64,000 nucleotides of DNA, taken from Hydrurus foetidus (lineage: Eukaryota). A model generated the notes under the pieces. It saw only the letters and a program-made list of their open reading frames with translations. It was not told where the DNA came from and did no database searches. The position numbers and the translations under genes were made by a program. Below are positions 42,555 through 53,090 of this stretch, one piece after another; the stretch's first letter is position 1; the number at the start of each line of letters is the position of its first letter. The stretch lies in NCBI GenBank assembly GCA_900617105.1, contig UYFQ01000023.1, forward strand, positions 682,001 through 746,000, given 5' to 3'.

Positions 42555-43193
42555 ATGACCGCATTGATCGACAAGCTCCAATGGCGTTACGCCACCAAAA
42601 AAATGAACGCCGCGCAAGCAGTGCCACAAGAAAAAGTGGACCGCATTCTGGAAGCCACGCGCCTGACCGCAACTTCCAGCGGCTTGCAGCCTTATGAGGT
42701 CATTGTGGTGACCAGCCCTACCGTGCGTGAACAGATCAAACCCATCGCTTGGAATCAGGCACAAATCACCGATGGCTCACACCTGCTGGTGTTTGCCGCT
42801 TGGGACAACTACACGACCGAGCGCATCAACATGATGTTTGATTTGACCAACGAAGAGCGCGGTCTCAAAAATGAAGGCTGGGAAAACTACCGCCAGATGC
42901 TGCTGAGCAATTACCCCAAGCGCGACGCTGAGGTAAATTTCCAGCACGCCGCACGCCAAGCCTATATCGGTGTTGGCACAGCCCTGATCGCCGCCGCTGA
43001 AGAACAAGTGGACAGCACGCCGATGGAAGGCTTTGACGGCAACGCGCTGGACGCCATTTTGGGTCTGCGTGAGCGTGGCTTGCGAAGCGTGGTCATCATG
43101 CCGTTGGGCTACCGCGAAGAAGACAAAGATTGGTTGGTCAAACTGAAGAAAGTCCGCCGCTCACGCGATAACTTCGTGACCGAAGTGAAGTAA
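42555..43193 (+). CDS. Nitroreductase family NAD(P)H-flavin oxidoreductase
   Basis: WRYATKK, SSGLQP, DSTPMEGFD, LGYR. Confidence 0.9.
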   Translation: MTALIDKLQWRYATKKMNAAQAVPQEKVDRILEATRLTATSSGLQPYEVIVVTSPTVREQIKPIAWNQAQITDGSHLLVFAAWDNYTTERINMMFDLTNEERGLKNEGWENYRQMLLSNYPKRDAEVNFQHAARQAYIGVGTALIAAAEEQVDSTPMEGFDGNALDAILGLRERGLRSVVIMPLGYREEDKDWLVKLKKVRRSRDNFVTEVK

Positions 43194-43203
43194 ACACAGG
43201 GCT

Positions 43204-44172
43204 TCAAAGATCGACGGCGGCCAGCAGCCGCTTCGCCAAGACCTGCACCGCGCCCCCCAGCGCTGCAGGTGACACGATTTCAAAATCAAAAGGCAAGCCT
43301 GCCAAGGCCCGAGCAACCCAGTTCAAATCGTCCGCGTGCACCTGCATCAGCACGCCTCGCGCGTGTGGCTGAAACAGGCCGATGGTGTCCAACACCGCAG
43401 CCTGGGCGGTGGCCATGTCTGTTTTCAAAATGACTTCCACCTTGAACGCGCGCGGCAAACTGGCCACACCGTGTGCGATGTGGTGCAGCGCATCAAAATC
43501 AGCGGGCGGTGTGAAGTAGGCAGTGCTTACCGCCACCGAATGCACCCGGTCTAAGCGAAACGTGCGCAGCGCCTGCCGCAGATGGCAGTAGCCCACCAGA
43601 TACCAGCAGCCTCCCCGGTACGCCAGCCCGTAGGGATCCACATCCCGCTGCGTGTGCTGGCTGGGCATTGCGCCGTACACCAGATGAACCTGTTGGTGTG
43701 CATAGGCGGCGGAACTGAGCCGCAGCACGTTTTCATGGCTGGGCATGGCAGCACTAACGGCGGAGGCTGGGGCGGCGGCCACATCCAAAGCCACGGTCTG
43801 GTTCAGTGCGCGGACTTGGCTTTGGAGACTGAGCGGCATCACGCGCTCCAGCTTGGCCTGCGCACTTTCGATGTCGGTGTGCGTGGCCGCCAAACCCAAG
43901 CGGCGTGCAGCCAGCAGCCCCACTGCAAGCGCCACGGCTTCACCGTCGTTGAACATCAGGGGTGGCAGCTTGTACCCCGGCATCAGGCTGTAACTGCCGT
44001 AGCGCCCGCGCTCGGCCACCACAGGAATCCCTTGGTCCTGCAATTTACCGATGTACCGCCGCAGACTGCGGCCATCCACACCCAGCCGCTGCGCCAAGTC
44101 CGGGCCACTCAGGTGACCATGGGCCTGTAGCAGCGCCAGCACAGCCAGCACGCGCGTCGTTGGAGAAGTCAT
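43204..44172 (-). CDS. YafY-family HTH-WYL-WCX transcriptional regulator
   Basis: LAQRLGVDGRSLRRYI HTH; RDVDPYGL, WYLVGYCHLR, FRLDRV. Confidence 0.92.
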   Translation of the reverse strand: MTSPTTRVLAVLALLQAHGHLSGPDLAQRLGVDGRSLRRYIGKLQDQGIPVVAERGRYGSYSLMPGYKLPPLMFNDGEAVALAVGLLAARRLGLAATHTDIESAQAKLERVMPLSLQSQVRALNQTVALDVAAAPASAVSAAMPSHENVLRLSSAAYAHQQVHLVYGAMPSQHTQRDVDPYGLAYRGGCWYLVGYCHLRQALRTFRLDRVHSVAVSTAYFTPPADFDALHHIAHGVASLPRAFKVEVILKTDMATAQAAVLDTIGLFQPHARGVLMQVHADDLNWVARALAGLPFDFEIVSPAALGGAVQVLAKRLLAAVDL

Positions 44173-44191
44173 GCGCAAAGTTTATTCCTGA

Positions 44192-44214
44192 ATCAGGGCT
44201 AAAACTGTCCTGAT
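44192..44214. promoter_or_regulatory. Probable WYL-regulator operator
   Basis: Inverted repeat ATCAGGGC-N7-GTCCTGAT in the divergent intergenic region. Confidence 0.55.
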
Positions 44215-44303
44215 AGACACCTACAGTACACCTGCTGAGCGGCCTACGGGCCACCCTCTTCCCTCATCCGCCCTCCATCCTTCACTGAACCTGAACCTTC
44301 GCT

Positions 44304-44933
44304 ATGTTTGACGACACCTCCCTCTGGCTTTTCTTTGTCATGGTTTTCGGCATCATCGCGCTGCCGGGCATGGACATGGCTTTTGTGCTTTCCAACGCCT
44401 TGGTCGGCGGCAAAAGGGCTGGGCTCTATGCGGTCGCGGGTATCGTGGCAGGTGGCATCTGCCACACCATCGCAGCCACGCTGGGCATCGGGGTGGTGAT
44501 TCAGCTTGTGCCGGGGTTGAAGCAAATCATGCTGCTGGGCGGGTCTGCTTATGTGGCGTGGATTGGGCTGTCCGTCCTGCGCAGCCACGCCGCTTTAGGC
44601 ACGCTGCCCACAGTGCGCACCCCACCGCCCAGCGTCATCTTTCGGCAAGCGGTGATTACCTGCTTGGTGAACCCCAAAGCCTATTTGTTCATGCTGGCAG
44701 TCTTCCCCCAGTTTTTGCACCCCGACCTTGGCCCACTGTGGCCTCAAGCCGCGCAACTGGGTGCCGTCATCACACTGACCCAGTTAGGTATTTACGGCGC
44801 ACTGGCCATGTCGGCCGGGCATTCCCGCCAGTGGCTGACCAGCAGCCCGCGCACGCTGGTGTGGCTCAGCAGAGGCGTTGGGGGCATCTTGATAGGGGGT
44901 GCGTTTTGGACGGTGGTGCAGGGCTTTCAGTGA
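44304..44933 (+). CDS. LysE/RhtB family exporter
   Basis: PGMDM, G..AG, Y..WIG, NPKA motifs. Confidence 0.88.
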   Translation: MFDDTSLWLFFVMVFGIIALPGMDMAFVLSNALVGGKRAGLYAVAGIVAGGICHTIAATLGIGVVIQLVPGLKQIMLLGGSAYVAWIGLSVLRSHAALGTLPTVRTPPPSVIFRQAVITCLVNPKAYLFMLAVFPQFLHPDLGPLWPQAAQLGAVITLTQLGIYGALAMSAGHSRQWLTSSPRTLVWLSRGVGGILIGGAFWTVVQGFQ

Positions 44934-44941
44934 TGCCCTGG

Positions 44942-46690
44942 TCAAACCCGGTCGTCGATGTGGGCGATGCTGGCGATGACCGTCCCCGCTGCGATGTACG
45001 CACCGGGCTTCGCAGCGAGCGCAATACGGCCACCTCGATGGGCTGTGATGTGCATCTCCATCTTCATGGCTTCCATTGAGGCAATGACATCGCCCTGCAC
45101 CACGGTATCGCCATCAGCAACTTTCCACGATTGAAGCGTGCCGGTGATGGGTGCTGTGACTGCTGCGAGATCGGTGGTCTGGGTCAGCGCCACGTCAAGC
45201 GGTGTATCGACCAGTGATGCAGCTGGCATGCCACGCAGCAGCTGCGCGGGCAGCCCGAGGGCTACGCGCCGCCCGTCGATCTCTACAGCCGTGCGCACCA
45301 GGGCCACACCCGCCAAGGGCTCAGGGCGAACGGCTGCGGCCAGCGTGCTGGCGAACTCGGTTTCGATCCAGCGCGTATGCACCTTGAAGCTGTCTTCAGC
45401 GGTGAAGTCAGGATCGGCCATCACGGCGCGGTGAAACGGCAGCACCGAAGGCACGCCCTCAATGCGAAATTCCTTGAGGACTCGGCGTGCGCGGGCAATC
45501 GCCTGGGCGCGGGTAGCGCCCGTCACGATCAGCTTGGCCATCAGCGAATCAAAGGCACCGGGCACGGTTGCCCCCGCGAACACCCCCGCGTCCACGCGCA
45601 CGCCAGGGCCGCTGGGCATGTCGAACACATCCACGGGGCCAGGCCCGGGCAAAAAACCACGTCCTACGTCCTCGGCGTTGATGCGGAACTCGAAAGCATG
45701 GCCGCGTGGCGTGGGCGTTTCGCTGATGGACAGCGGCAGGCCATCGGCAACGCGCAGTTGCTCCACCACGAGGTCGATGCCCGATGTCTCTTCCGTCACC
45801 GTGTGCTCCACTTGCAGGCGGGTGTTGACTTCGAGGAACGAGATCGTGCCCGAGGGGCTGAGCAAGAACTCCACCGTTCCGGCGCCCACATAGCCCGCCT
45901 TGGCGCAAATGTCACGCGCCGAAGTATGGATGCGCTCGCGCTGCGCTGTGCTCAGGAAAGGTGCGGGGGCTTCCTCGACCAGCTTTTGGTTGCGGCGCTG
46001 CAAGGAGCAATCGCGCGTGCCCAACACAACAACCTGCCCAAAGGTGTCGGCAATGACCTGGGCCTCGATATGGCGGGGGCGCTCAAGGAACTGCTCGACA
46101 AAGCACTCACCGCGCCCGAAAGCGGCAATGGCCTCGCGCACAGCGGACTCGTACAGCTCAGCCACTTCTTCCATGCGCCAAGCCACCTTGATGCCGCGCC
46201 CACCGCCACCGAAGGCGGCCTTGATGGCGATGGGCAAGCCATGCTGCTCGGCAAAGGCGACCACTTCCTGTGCGCTGGTCACTGGCCCTGGGGTGCCTGC
46301 GGCCATAGGCGCACCGACGGACAGGGCAATGGCACGCGCCTTCACTTTGTCGCCCAAAGCGGCAATGGCCGATGGCGGCGGGCCAACCCAGATCAGGCCA
46401 GCCGCGATAACGGCCTGTGCAAAGCCCGCGTTTTCGGACAAAAACCCGTAACCAGGGTGTACCGCATCGGCACCGCAGCGGGCGGCCACCGCCAGCAGTT
46501 TGTCAATGTTCAGGTAGGTGTCAGCAGGCCGCTGGCCGTCAAGCCCGTAAGCCTCATCGGCCATGCGTGCATGCAGCGCATCGAGGTCGGCATCGGCGTA
46601 AACGGCGACCGACTTCACGCCGTAATCGGCACAGGCGCGGATGACGCGCACAGCGATCTCACCCCGGTTGGCAATCAGAACTTTTTTCAT
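44942..46690 (-). CDS. Biotin carboxylase fused to a biotin carboxyl carrier domain
   Basis: [36 protein letters not shown], biotinyl EAMKM; start MKKVLIA overlaps the upstream stop. Confidence 0.93.
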   Translation of the reverse strand: MKKVLIANRGEIAVRVIRACADYGVKSVAVYADADLDALHARMADEAYGLDGQRPADTYLNIDKLLAVAARCGADAVHPGYGFLSENAGFAQAVIAAGLIWVGPPPSAIAALGDKVKARAIALSVGAPMAAGTPGPVTSAQEVVAFAEQHGLPIAIKAAFGGGGRGIKVAWRMEEVAELYESAVREAIAAFGRGECFVEQFLERPRHIEAQVIADTFGQVVVLGTRDCSLQRRNQKLVEEAPAPFLSTAQRERIHTSARDICAKAGYVGAGTVEFLLSPSGTISFLEVNTRLQVEHTVTEETSGIDLVVEQLRVADGLPLSISETPTPRGHAFEFRINAEDVGRGFLPGPGPVDVFDMPSGPGVRVDAGVFAGATVPGAFDSLMAKLIVTGATRAQAIARARRVLKEFRIEGVPSVLPFHRAVMADPDFTAEDSFKVHTRWIETEFASTLAAAVRPEPLAGVALVRTAVEIDGRRVALGLPAQLLRGMPAASLVDTPLDVALTQTTDLAAVTAPITGTLQSWKVADGDTVVQGDVIASMEAMKMEMHITAHRGGRIALAAKPGAYIAAGTVIASIAHIDDRV

Positions 46691-48321
46691 AAGGTGTTGA
46701 ACATGTGAAGGAGGTTGAAGCGAACTTGGGCACCGATAGGGATTTGCCCCGCCCGGTCGAGGTGGTAAGGGGCCACAGCGCCTATCACCGGGTAGCCCCC
46801 CGTGAGCGGATGATCGGCCATGAACAGCACCGGCTGACCACTGGGCGGCACCTGGATGGCGCCGCGCACGGTGCCTTCGCTGGGCAGCTCGGCGGTGTGG
46901 ATGCGCTGAAGTGGCGTATCGCCCGCCAGCCGCAGGCCCACACGGTTGGATTGCGGGGTGACTGTCCACACCTGCTGGGCAAACTGCTCCACCGCATCGG
47001 GGGTGAACCAGTCGGTGCGCGGCCCCATCACCACATCGAGCGTGACGGTGTGCTGCAAACAAGGCATGTTCCCCGGCGCCAGCTCAGGCGCACCGACGAC
47101 CGCGCCACGCGTGACCGGGCGGATCTCCAGTGTGTCGCCCACCGCGAGGGGTGCAGGCCCGAGGCGGGCCAGGGTGTCCGTGGCGCAACTGCCCAACACA
47201 GCATCAACGGTAAAACCGCCCCGCACGGCAAGGTAACTGCGGGCACCGGCACGCGGTTCACCCAAAAAGAGCTGATCGCCATCAGACAAGGCCATGGCCT
47301 CGTAGCTTTGCACCGTGCAGCAGATGCCACCCGCCGTTGTAAGCTGAACAGGCGCATCCGCACCCGTGATGGCGACCACCGCATCGCCATGGCAAAGCAA
47401 ACGCAAACCGCCGCCTACCGTTTCAATGCAAGGCGCCCCGCTGGCCTCACCAACATTACCAACATTACCCACCAGTCGGTTGGCGGCGTGCAAAGCACCA
47501 AAATCCATAGCACCAGAAGCACCAACACCCTGCTTGGCCTGGTTGCGACGCCCCTCATCTTGGAACAAGGCTTGCAGGCCGATGCTGAGCACTTCGAGCG
47601 CATCGCCCTGCCGTGTTGCGCTGGATAAGGATGCATCAACCTGCCGCGTCGGTGGCGGCAAGGGGAGAGTCGGCTTGCTGCGTGCTGGGGGGGGGTTGAT
47701 GCTTTGGCCTGTCACGTCAATGAAGCGTACCCTAAAGCCAGGCTGAAGCAGGGCTGGCACCTCACGCATCAAATCCCACATCGGTATGGCCGTCACACCA
47801 ATGAGTTGCCACCCGCCGGGGCTGGCCTGGGGGTAAATGCCAGTGAATTCGCCTGCCAACCCCACCGCACCCGCCGGGATGCGCGTGCGTGGCGTGCTGC
47901 GGCGCGGCACGTTCAAGTCCGCTGTGCCGTTGCTCATGTAAGCAAAACCGGGCGCGAAGCCGGTGAAGGCAACGGTGTACTCGCGGCCCGTGTGGCGACG
48001 CACCACGTCGTCGCGCGAGATGCCTAACAGTTGCGCAACTTCCAAAATGTCTTCACCGCTGTAATCAACCGGGATCTCGATCAGCGTAGCGTTGCGTTCA
48101 GGTGCCCCAGACAAACGGCGTGCGCTGATGCGGGCTACCAATGCGGCAGGGGCCACTGCTTCAGGACGAAACCGAACCAGCAAGGTGCGTGCGGCGGGCA
48201 CCAACTCTTCAATGCCGTAGACAGGCTCGTCCCTCAATGAGGCGTGCAGTGCCAAGGTCTGCGCCAAGTCATCGAGTTCGACCAGCAGCGCATCCAGGTT
48301 AACGGGTAAGAAACGCATCAT
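46687..48321 (-). CDS. Fused PxpB-PxpC (5-oxoprolinase / urea amidolyase family)
   Basis: [43 protein letters not shown]. Confidence 0.9.
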   Translation of the reverse strand: MMRFLPVNLDALLVELDDLAQTLALHASLRDEPVYGIEELVPAARTLLVRFRPEAVAPAALVARISARRLSGAPERNATLIEIPVDYSGEDILEVAQLLGISRDDVVRRHTGREYTVAFTGFAPGFAYMSNGTADLNVPRRSTPRTRIPAGAVGLAGEFTGIYPQASPGGWQLIGVTAIPMWDLMREVPALLQPGFRVRFIDVTGQSINPPPARSKPTLPLPPPTRQVDASLSSATRQGDALEVLSIGLQALFQDEGRRNQAKQGVGASGAMDFGALHAANRLVGNVGNVGEASGAPCIETVGGGLRLLCHGDAVVAITGADAPVQLTTAGGICCTVQSYEAMALSDGDQLFLGEPRAGARSYLAVRGGFTVDAVLGSCATDTLARLGPAPLAVGDTLEIRPVTRGAVVGAPELAPGNMPCLQHTVTLDVVMGPRTDWFTPDAVEQFAQQVWTVTPQSNRVGLRLAGDTPLQRIHTAELPSEGTVRGAIQVPPSGQPVLFMADHPLTGGYPVIGAVAPYHLDRAGQIPIGAQVRFNLLHMFNTL

Positions 48322-49085
48322 GTCGGCCCTTTGGCAAGGACAAAAGGTGCCACCGTGATCCCCGAGCGCTCGAACAGCTCGCGCACCTGACGCGCCATCG
48401 CCACCGCGCCTGGGCTGTCACCATGCACGCACACCGATTCGGCCTGAATGCGCACGGTGCTGCCGTCAATGGCTGTGACCACGCCCTCGGTGGCCAAGCG
48501 CAACATGCGAGCAGCTACCTCTTGCGGGTCGTGCAGCACAGCGCCCGGCTCACGGCGAGAGACCAGGGAGCCGTCAGGCATGTAGGCACGGTCTGCAAAG
48601 GCTTCGGCCACGGCGCGCAAACCACGTTGCCGCGCCCATTCAAGAAGCGGGGAACCAGCCAATCCCACCAAGCACAGCGTGGGGTCAATGGCGAGGATGG
48701 CGGTAATCACATCACCCGCCTGCCGTTCGTCATGCGCGATGGTGTTGTACAGCGCACCGTGCGGTTTAACGTAACGCACGGCCGTGCCTGCCACCTTTGC
48801 CAAGCCCTGTAGCGCACCAATTTGGTAGATCACATCGGCTTGCAGATCGGCGCTGGACACATCCATATTACGGCGACCAAACCCGGCGAGATCGGGGTAA
48901 GCGACGTGCGCGCCCACCGTCACACCGCATTCGGCTGCGCGGCGCAGCGTGCGCAGAATGCCCGCAGCATCACCGGCGTGGAAACCGCAGGCCACATTGG
49001 CGCTGCTGACCATGCTGAGCATGGCATCGTCGTCGCCCATGCGCCATGCGCCCAGGCCCTCGCCCAAATCACTGTTCAAGTCCAT
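48318..49085 (-). CDS. pxpA: 5-oxoprolinase subunit A (LamB/YcsF)
   Basis: [34 protein letters not shown]. Confidence 0.92.
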   Translation of the reverse strand: MDLNSDLGEGLGAWRMGDDDAMLSMVSSANVACGFHAGDAAGILRTLRRAAECGVTVGAHVAYPDLAGFGRRNMDVSSADLQADVIYQIGALQGLAKVAGTAVRYVKPHGALYNTIAHDERQAGDVITAILAIDPTLCLVGLAGSPLLEWARQRGLRAVAEAFADRAYMPDGSLVSRREPGAVLHDPQEVAARMLRLATEGVVTAIDGSTVRIQAESVCVHGDSPGAVAMARQVRELFERSGITVAPFVLAKGPT

Positions 49086-49140
49086 CGTGTTTGCCTCGCG
49101 CCAAGTTCTGACCCCGTTCTGACCCCGTGGTGAATGAGGC

Positions 49141-50115
49141 TCAATCTACCTTGATCCCGGCATCGTCGATCACCTTTTTCCACTTGGCAGAGTCACTTTT
49201 GATGATATCGGTCACTTTGGATGGCGCACCTCCCACCACATCCAGACTCATGTCGGCCAGCCGTGCGAGCACGTCTTTTTCACCCAAGATCGTGTTGATG
49301 GTGTGGTTGAGCTTGGTCACGATCTCGGCTGGCGTGCCCGCAGGCGCGACAAAAGCGAACCAAAACGTCATATCGAAATCTTTGCCACCCGACTCGGCCA
49401 CCGTGGGCAAGTCAGGGTAGGTGGGCAGGCGTTTGGAGGTGCTGACAGCCAGCGCCCGCAAACGCCCGCCCTTGACCATGGGCATGGCTTCGGGCACAAG
49501 GGCCATCATTAACTGCACTTGCCCGCCCATCAACTCCTGCAATGCCGGCGCACCGCCTTTGTACGGCACATGCACGGGATCGAAACCGTTTGCTTTTTTG
49601 TAGTACTCCATGCCGAGGTGGCTGGGCGTGCCGTTGCCTGCTGAGGCGTAGCTCACCGCACCGGGCTTGCTCTTGAGGTAAGCCCCCAATTCCGTCATGT
49701 TTTTGACAGGCACTGACGGGTGCACCACCACCACGCTGGGCACTGTGGCCGCCAGCACGATAGGGGCGAGGTCTTTTTGCGGGTTGTATTGCAGACGAGG
49801 GCCGTAGAGACCAGGGTTCACGGCCAACCCGCTGAGGGTGGACAGCAAGATGGTGTAGCCGTCTGGTGCGGCCTTGGCAACACTGGTGATCGCGATCTGC
49901 TCACTGGCACCGGGCTTGTTTTCGACCACTGCCGTCTGCCCGAGGTGCTTGCCTAAGCGCTCAGCAACCAACCGTGCCAAAGTGTCGGTAGAGCCGCCAG
50001 CCGAGTAAGGCACCACGATCTTGATCGGTCTGTTCGGATAGTCGGCGGTTTGGGCTATCAGGGGGGCTGCTATGAACAGCGTGGAGACGAAAACACACAG
50101 TGGGCGAACAGTCAT
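49141..50115 (-). CDS. Bug/TctC tripartite tricarboxylate transporter substrate-binding protein
   Basis: YPNRPI..VVP..AGGSTD, ENKPGA, PDGYT, HVPYKGG. Confidence 0.92.
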   Translation of the reverse strand: MTVRPLCVFVSTLFIAAPLIAQTADYPNRPIKIVVPYSAGGSTDTLARLVAERLGKHLGQTAVVENKPGASEQIAITSVAKAAPDGYTILLSTLSGLAVNPGLYGPRLQYNPQKDLAPIVLAATVPSVVVVHPSVPVKNMTELGAYLKSKPGAVSYASAGNGTPSHLGMEYYKKANGFDPVHVPYKGGAPALQELMGGQVQLMMALVPEAMPMVKGGRLRALAVSTSKRLPTYPDLPTVAESGGKDFDMTFWFAFVAPAGTPAEIVTKLNHTINTILGEKDVLARLADMSLDVVGGAPSKVTDIIKSDSAKWKKVIDDAGIKVD

Positions 50116-50209
50116 CGGGAACTCCAGTCGGATTAAGGCCATTGAGAAAGTGGATCGAGCGAATCAAAATGAACCAACACGGGCAACATGATTGAATCAT
50201 GCATGCAAA

Positions 50210-50222
50210 ATTGTTGAACAAT
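50210..50222. promoter_or_regulatory. Probable GntR operator of the pxp operon
   Basis: Palindrome ATTGTT-G-AACAAT; related TTGTTGAGCAAT at 51570-51581 on the far side of the IS. Confidence 0.55.
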
Positions 50223-50227
50223 ATTAA

Positions 50228-51519
50228 GGGCAGTCCTATAAATTCCCAAATCCAGTCAACGCATAAACGATATAAATCGTTTATCTAAGAAGCCTCCTAA
50301 TCACAAGCCATGATGCAAAGCAGTTTTTTTGACCTCGACAAGAGGTACGCGAAGTTGAGCGAGGCCGGAGATCCGCTGGAGCGGTTGAATGAGGCAATTG
50401 ACTGGGAGATGTTTCGCACGACGCTCGAGCGCATAGATGTAAAGCCACGCAAAAGCGCAGCAGGACGTCCACCAACCTGCCGAATCGTGATGTTCAAGAT
50501 GCTGCTGCTCCAGCGCCTGCATCAACTCTCAGACGAGCGCTTGGAATACCAAGTGACGGACCGGCTGTCGTTCATGCGGTTTTTAGGGTTGGAGTTGGCT
50601 GGACTTGTACCTGACTCAAGAACCGTCTGGGCCTTTCGCGAAGCGCTCAAGAAGAGCGACCTGATGCAGCCCCTGCTGGACAAGCTGACCCAAGCGCTAG
50701 GGGATATGGGCGTGGAACTCAAAAGTGGGCAAATCATAGATGCCAGCTTTATCCCCGTACCCATCCAGCGCAATGGGCGCGAAGAGAATGCCCAACTCAA
50801 AGCAGGCAAGACCCCCGAAGAGTGGATGGACAACGCAAACAAGCTACGGCACAAAGACGTAGATGCCCGCTGGACAAAGAAAAGCGGGCAAAGCCACTAC
50901 GGCTACAAGAACCACATCAACATCGACAAAGACACCAAGCTGATCACGGCGCATGCGTGTACAGATGCCAGCGTTCACGACAGCCAAGAGCTTGATACCG
51001 TGCTGCGCACACCAGAAGAGGGTGGCAAAGACACGTGGGCAGACAGCGCCTACCGCTCAGAGGAGCAGGAAAAGGCGCTCCAGGCCAGCCAACACAGCAG
51101 CCACATCCATGAGCGGGCGTATCGCAACCATCCTCTGACGGAGGAACAAAAGGCCACCAACAAAACCAAGTCCAAAGTACGCGCTCGCGTTGAGCATGTC
51201 TTTGGGCACATGGAAAACACAATGGGCGGCATGGGCCTGCGCACCATCGGACTCGCTCGCGCCAAAGTGGGCGTGGCGTTGATGAACCTCACCTACAACA
51301 TCAGCCGCATTGAGATACTCATGCGCAACAAGGTTTTTAGCTTCTCTCGCCTGCTCACGCCCAAAATGGGCCAAGTGGCCTGAAATGGGGGCAAAACCCC
51401 CCTTGAAGCGCCTCGAAATCACCAAAAATGCGAAAAAACACAAAACAAATTCGCATTGTGAAATGTTTAGCGTCCCAGGCAAGGCTTGGGGTGGTTAACG
51501 TCGATTTATAGAACTGCCC
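50228..51519 (+). mobile_element. IS5-family insertion sequence, copy 1 (1292 bp)
   Basis: 16 bp terminal IR GGGCAGTYCTATAAAT; TTAA duplicated at 50224-50227 and 51520-51523. Confidence 0.95.
50310..51383 (+). CDS. IS5-family DDE transposase
   Basis: DRLSFMRFLG, IIDAS, DVDARW, YGYKNH, ADSAY, RARVEHVF. Confidence 0.95.
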   Translation: MMQSSFFDLDKRYAKLSEAGDPLERLNEAIDWEMFRTTLERIDVKPRKSAAGRPPTCRIVMFKMLLLQRLHQLSDERLEYQVTDRLSFMRFLGLELAGLVPDSRTVWAFREALKKSDLMQPLLDKLTQALGDMGVELKSGQIIDASFIPVPIQRNGREENAQLKAGKTPEEWMDNANKLRHKDVDARWTKKSGQSHYGYKNHINIDKDTKLITAHACTDASVHDSQELDTVLRTPEEGGKDTWADSAYRSEEQEKALQASQHSSHIHERAYRNHPLTEEQKATNKTKSKVRARVEHVFGHMENTMGGMGLRTIGLARAKVGVALMNLTYNISRIEILMRNKVFSFSRLLTPKMGQVA

Positions 51520-51621
51520 TTAATTATATTTCCAACAAAATACATCTGAATACAAGTAATTACCCTAATTTGTTGAGCAATAGAGGTTTGATCGCTCTGC
51601 GTCTGGTAAAAGCTCGTCTTC

Positions 51622-52299
51622 ATGGCATTACCTGTTCACCCCTCACCCTTGGCCCAGACGCTGTCCGAACGTCTGGCGGCGCAACTGCGGCAAAAAATCG
51701 CTGACGGGGAGCTGTCGCCGGGGCAACGCCTGTCGGAGCAGGCCTTGAGCGACAGCCTAGGTGTCTCACGCAACACGCTGCGCGAGGTGTTTCGCTTGCT
51801 CACCAAGGACGGCCTGGTCAAACACGTGCCCAACCGGGGGGTGTTTGTGGCGGTTCCTGGTATCGCATCCATCATTGACATTTACCGCGTGCGGCGCGTG
51901 ATCGAATGCCATGCCTTGGCCCACGCTTACCCACGCCATCCCGCCACGAAAAAAATGCGCGAGACCATCACCACAGCCTTGTATTGCCGCAGCGAAAGCA
52001 ATTGGGTGGGTGTGGGCACCGCCAACATCGCCTTTCACATGGCGATCGTCGAACTGGCCGACAGCGAGCGGCTCAATGCACTGTTCGTCCCCATGCTGGC
52101 CGAACTGCGCTTGGTTTTTGGACTTTTACGCGATGCAGAGTTCATGCACGAGCCCTATGTCGAAATGAATATCAAGATCCTCGAACGCGCTGAAGCCTTC
52201 GACTTCTCCGGTGCTACAGCCGCACTGGAAGAATGCCTGGCGCACTCGGAGCGCACCGTGCTCGCAGGCTATGTGCGCCATTTTCCTGGGAGTGACTGA
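51622..52299 (+). CDS. GntR (FCD) regulator, originally divergent from the pxp operon
   Basis: LSPGQRLSE..L...LGVSRNTLRE; FH motif. Confidence 0.9.
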   Translation: MALPVHPSPLAQTLSERLAAQLRQKIADGELSPGQRLSEQALSDSLGVSRNTLREVFRLLTKDGLVKHVPNRGVFVAVPGIASIIDIYRVRRVIECHALAHAYPRHPATKKMRETITTALYCRSESNWVGVGTANIAFHMAIVELADSERLNALFVPMLAELRLVFGLLRDAEFMHEPYVEMNIKILERAEAFDFSGATAALEECLAHSERTVLAGYVRHFPGSD

Positions 52300-52410
52300 G
52301 GCATCCAAGCACGGGTATGGCAATCGTAGTGCAGGGGTGGAAGTCGGTGTGATGGATGCATAAAACCTGGAAACCACATCGCCATAGCGCTTTCACCTTA
52401 AACTCAAAGC

Positions 52411-52884
52411 ATGAAACCGCTTGTTTATATCGAGTCATCCGTCATCAGCTACTTGACTGCGCGGGTGTCTGCCGATCCCCTTAAAAATGCATGGCAAACC
52501 GTCACACAGCAATGGTGGAGCACCAAATTAAACACAGTCACAGCTTGCATATCGCCCTACATCATTGAAGAGGTACGAGCAGGCAACCCCGAAGCGGCCA
52601 AACAACGGGTTGAAGCGATTCGCGACTTAAACCTGCTGGATACCAATGTCGAAATTGAAGCGCTTGCTGATTTTCTGCTGCTGGGTGGCGGCCTACCAAC
52701 CAAAGCACGCTTTGATGCACTGCATATTGCCTGCGCCGCTTATCACTCGGTAAACATCGTGCTGACTTGGAATTTCAAGCACATTGCCAACCCCGTGCAA
52801 TTGCCCGTGATGCGCGGGCTGTGCGCCGCACGCGGTTATCGATTACCCGAATTGGTTTCACCCCTTGAGATGATGGAGAACTGA
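52411..52884 (+). CDS. PIN-domain (VapC-like) protein
   Basis: VYIESSVISY, EEV..G, DALHIA, LTWNFKHIAN. Confidence 0.85.
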   Translation: MKPLVYIESSVISYLTARVSADPLKNAWQTVTQQWWSTKLNTVTACISPYIIEEVRAGNPEAAKQRVEAIRDLNLLDTNVEIEALADFLLLGGGLPTKARFDALHIACAAYHSVNIVLTWNFKHIANPVQLPVMRGLCAARGYRLPELVSPLEMMEN

Positions 52885-52886
52885 CC

Positions 52887-53090
52887 ATGAATATCCCTCT
52901 GCAACCCATATCACCAGAATGGCACGACCCGGTTGTTCAAGAGCTGCACGAAGTACGCGAAAAGCTGATGGAAAAATACAAAGGCAACTTGCATGACTAC
53001 TCCCTAGCGGCCAGAGCGCACGCACTGGCGCTGGGCTTTCAATTCACGTCCATCAACGCGCAGCAGTCCATTGAACCTGCAATGACATGA
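52887..53090 (+). CDS. Small protein, candidate partner of the PIN toxin
   Basis: Starts 2 bp after the PIN stop with GGAG upstream; DPVVQELHEVRE helix. Confidence 0.6.
   Translation: MNIPLQPISPEWHDPVVQELHEVREKLMEKYKGNLHDYSLAARAHALALGFQFTSINAQQSIEPAMT

Noticed and set aside
45377..46708. 443 aa ORF opposite the biotin carboxylase (also 33939-35111, 59178-60383, 28004-29116)
   Set aside because: Each fully overlaps a well-supported gene on the other strand.
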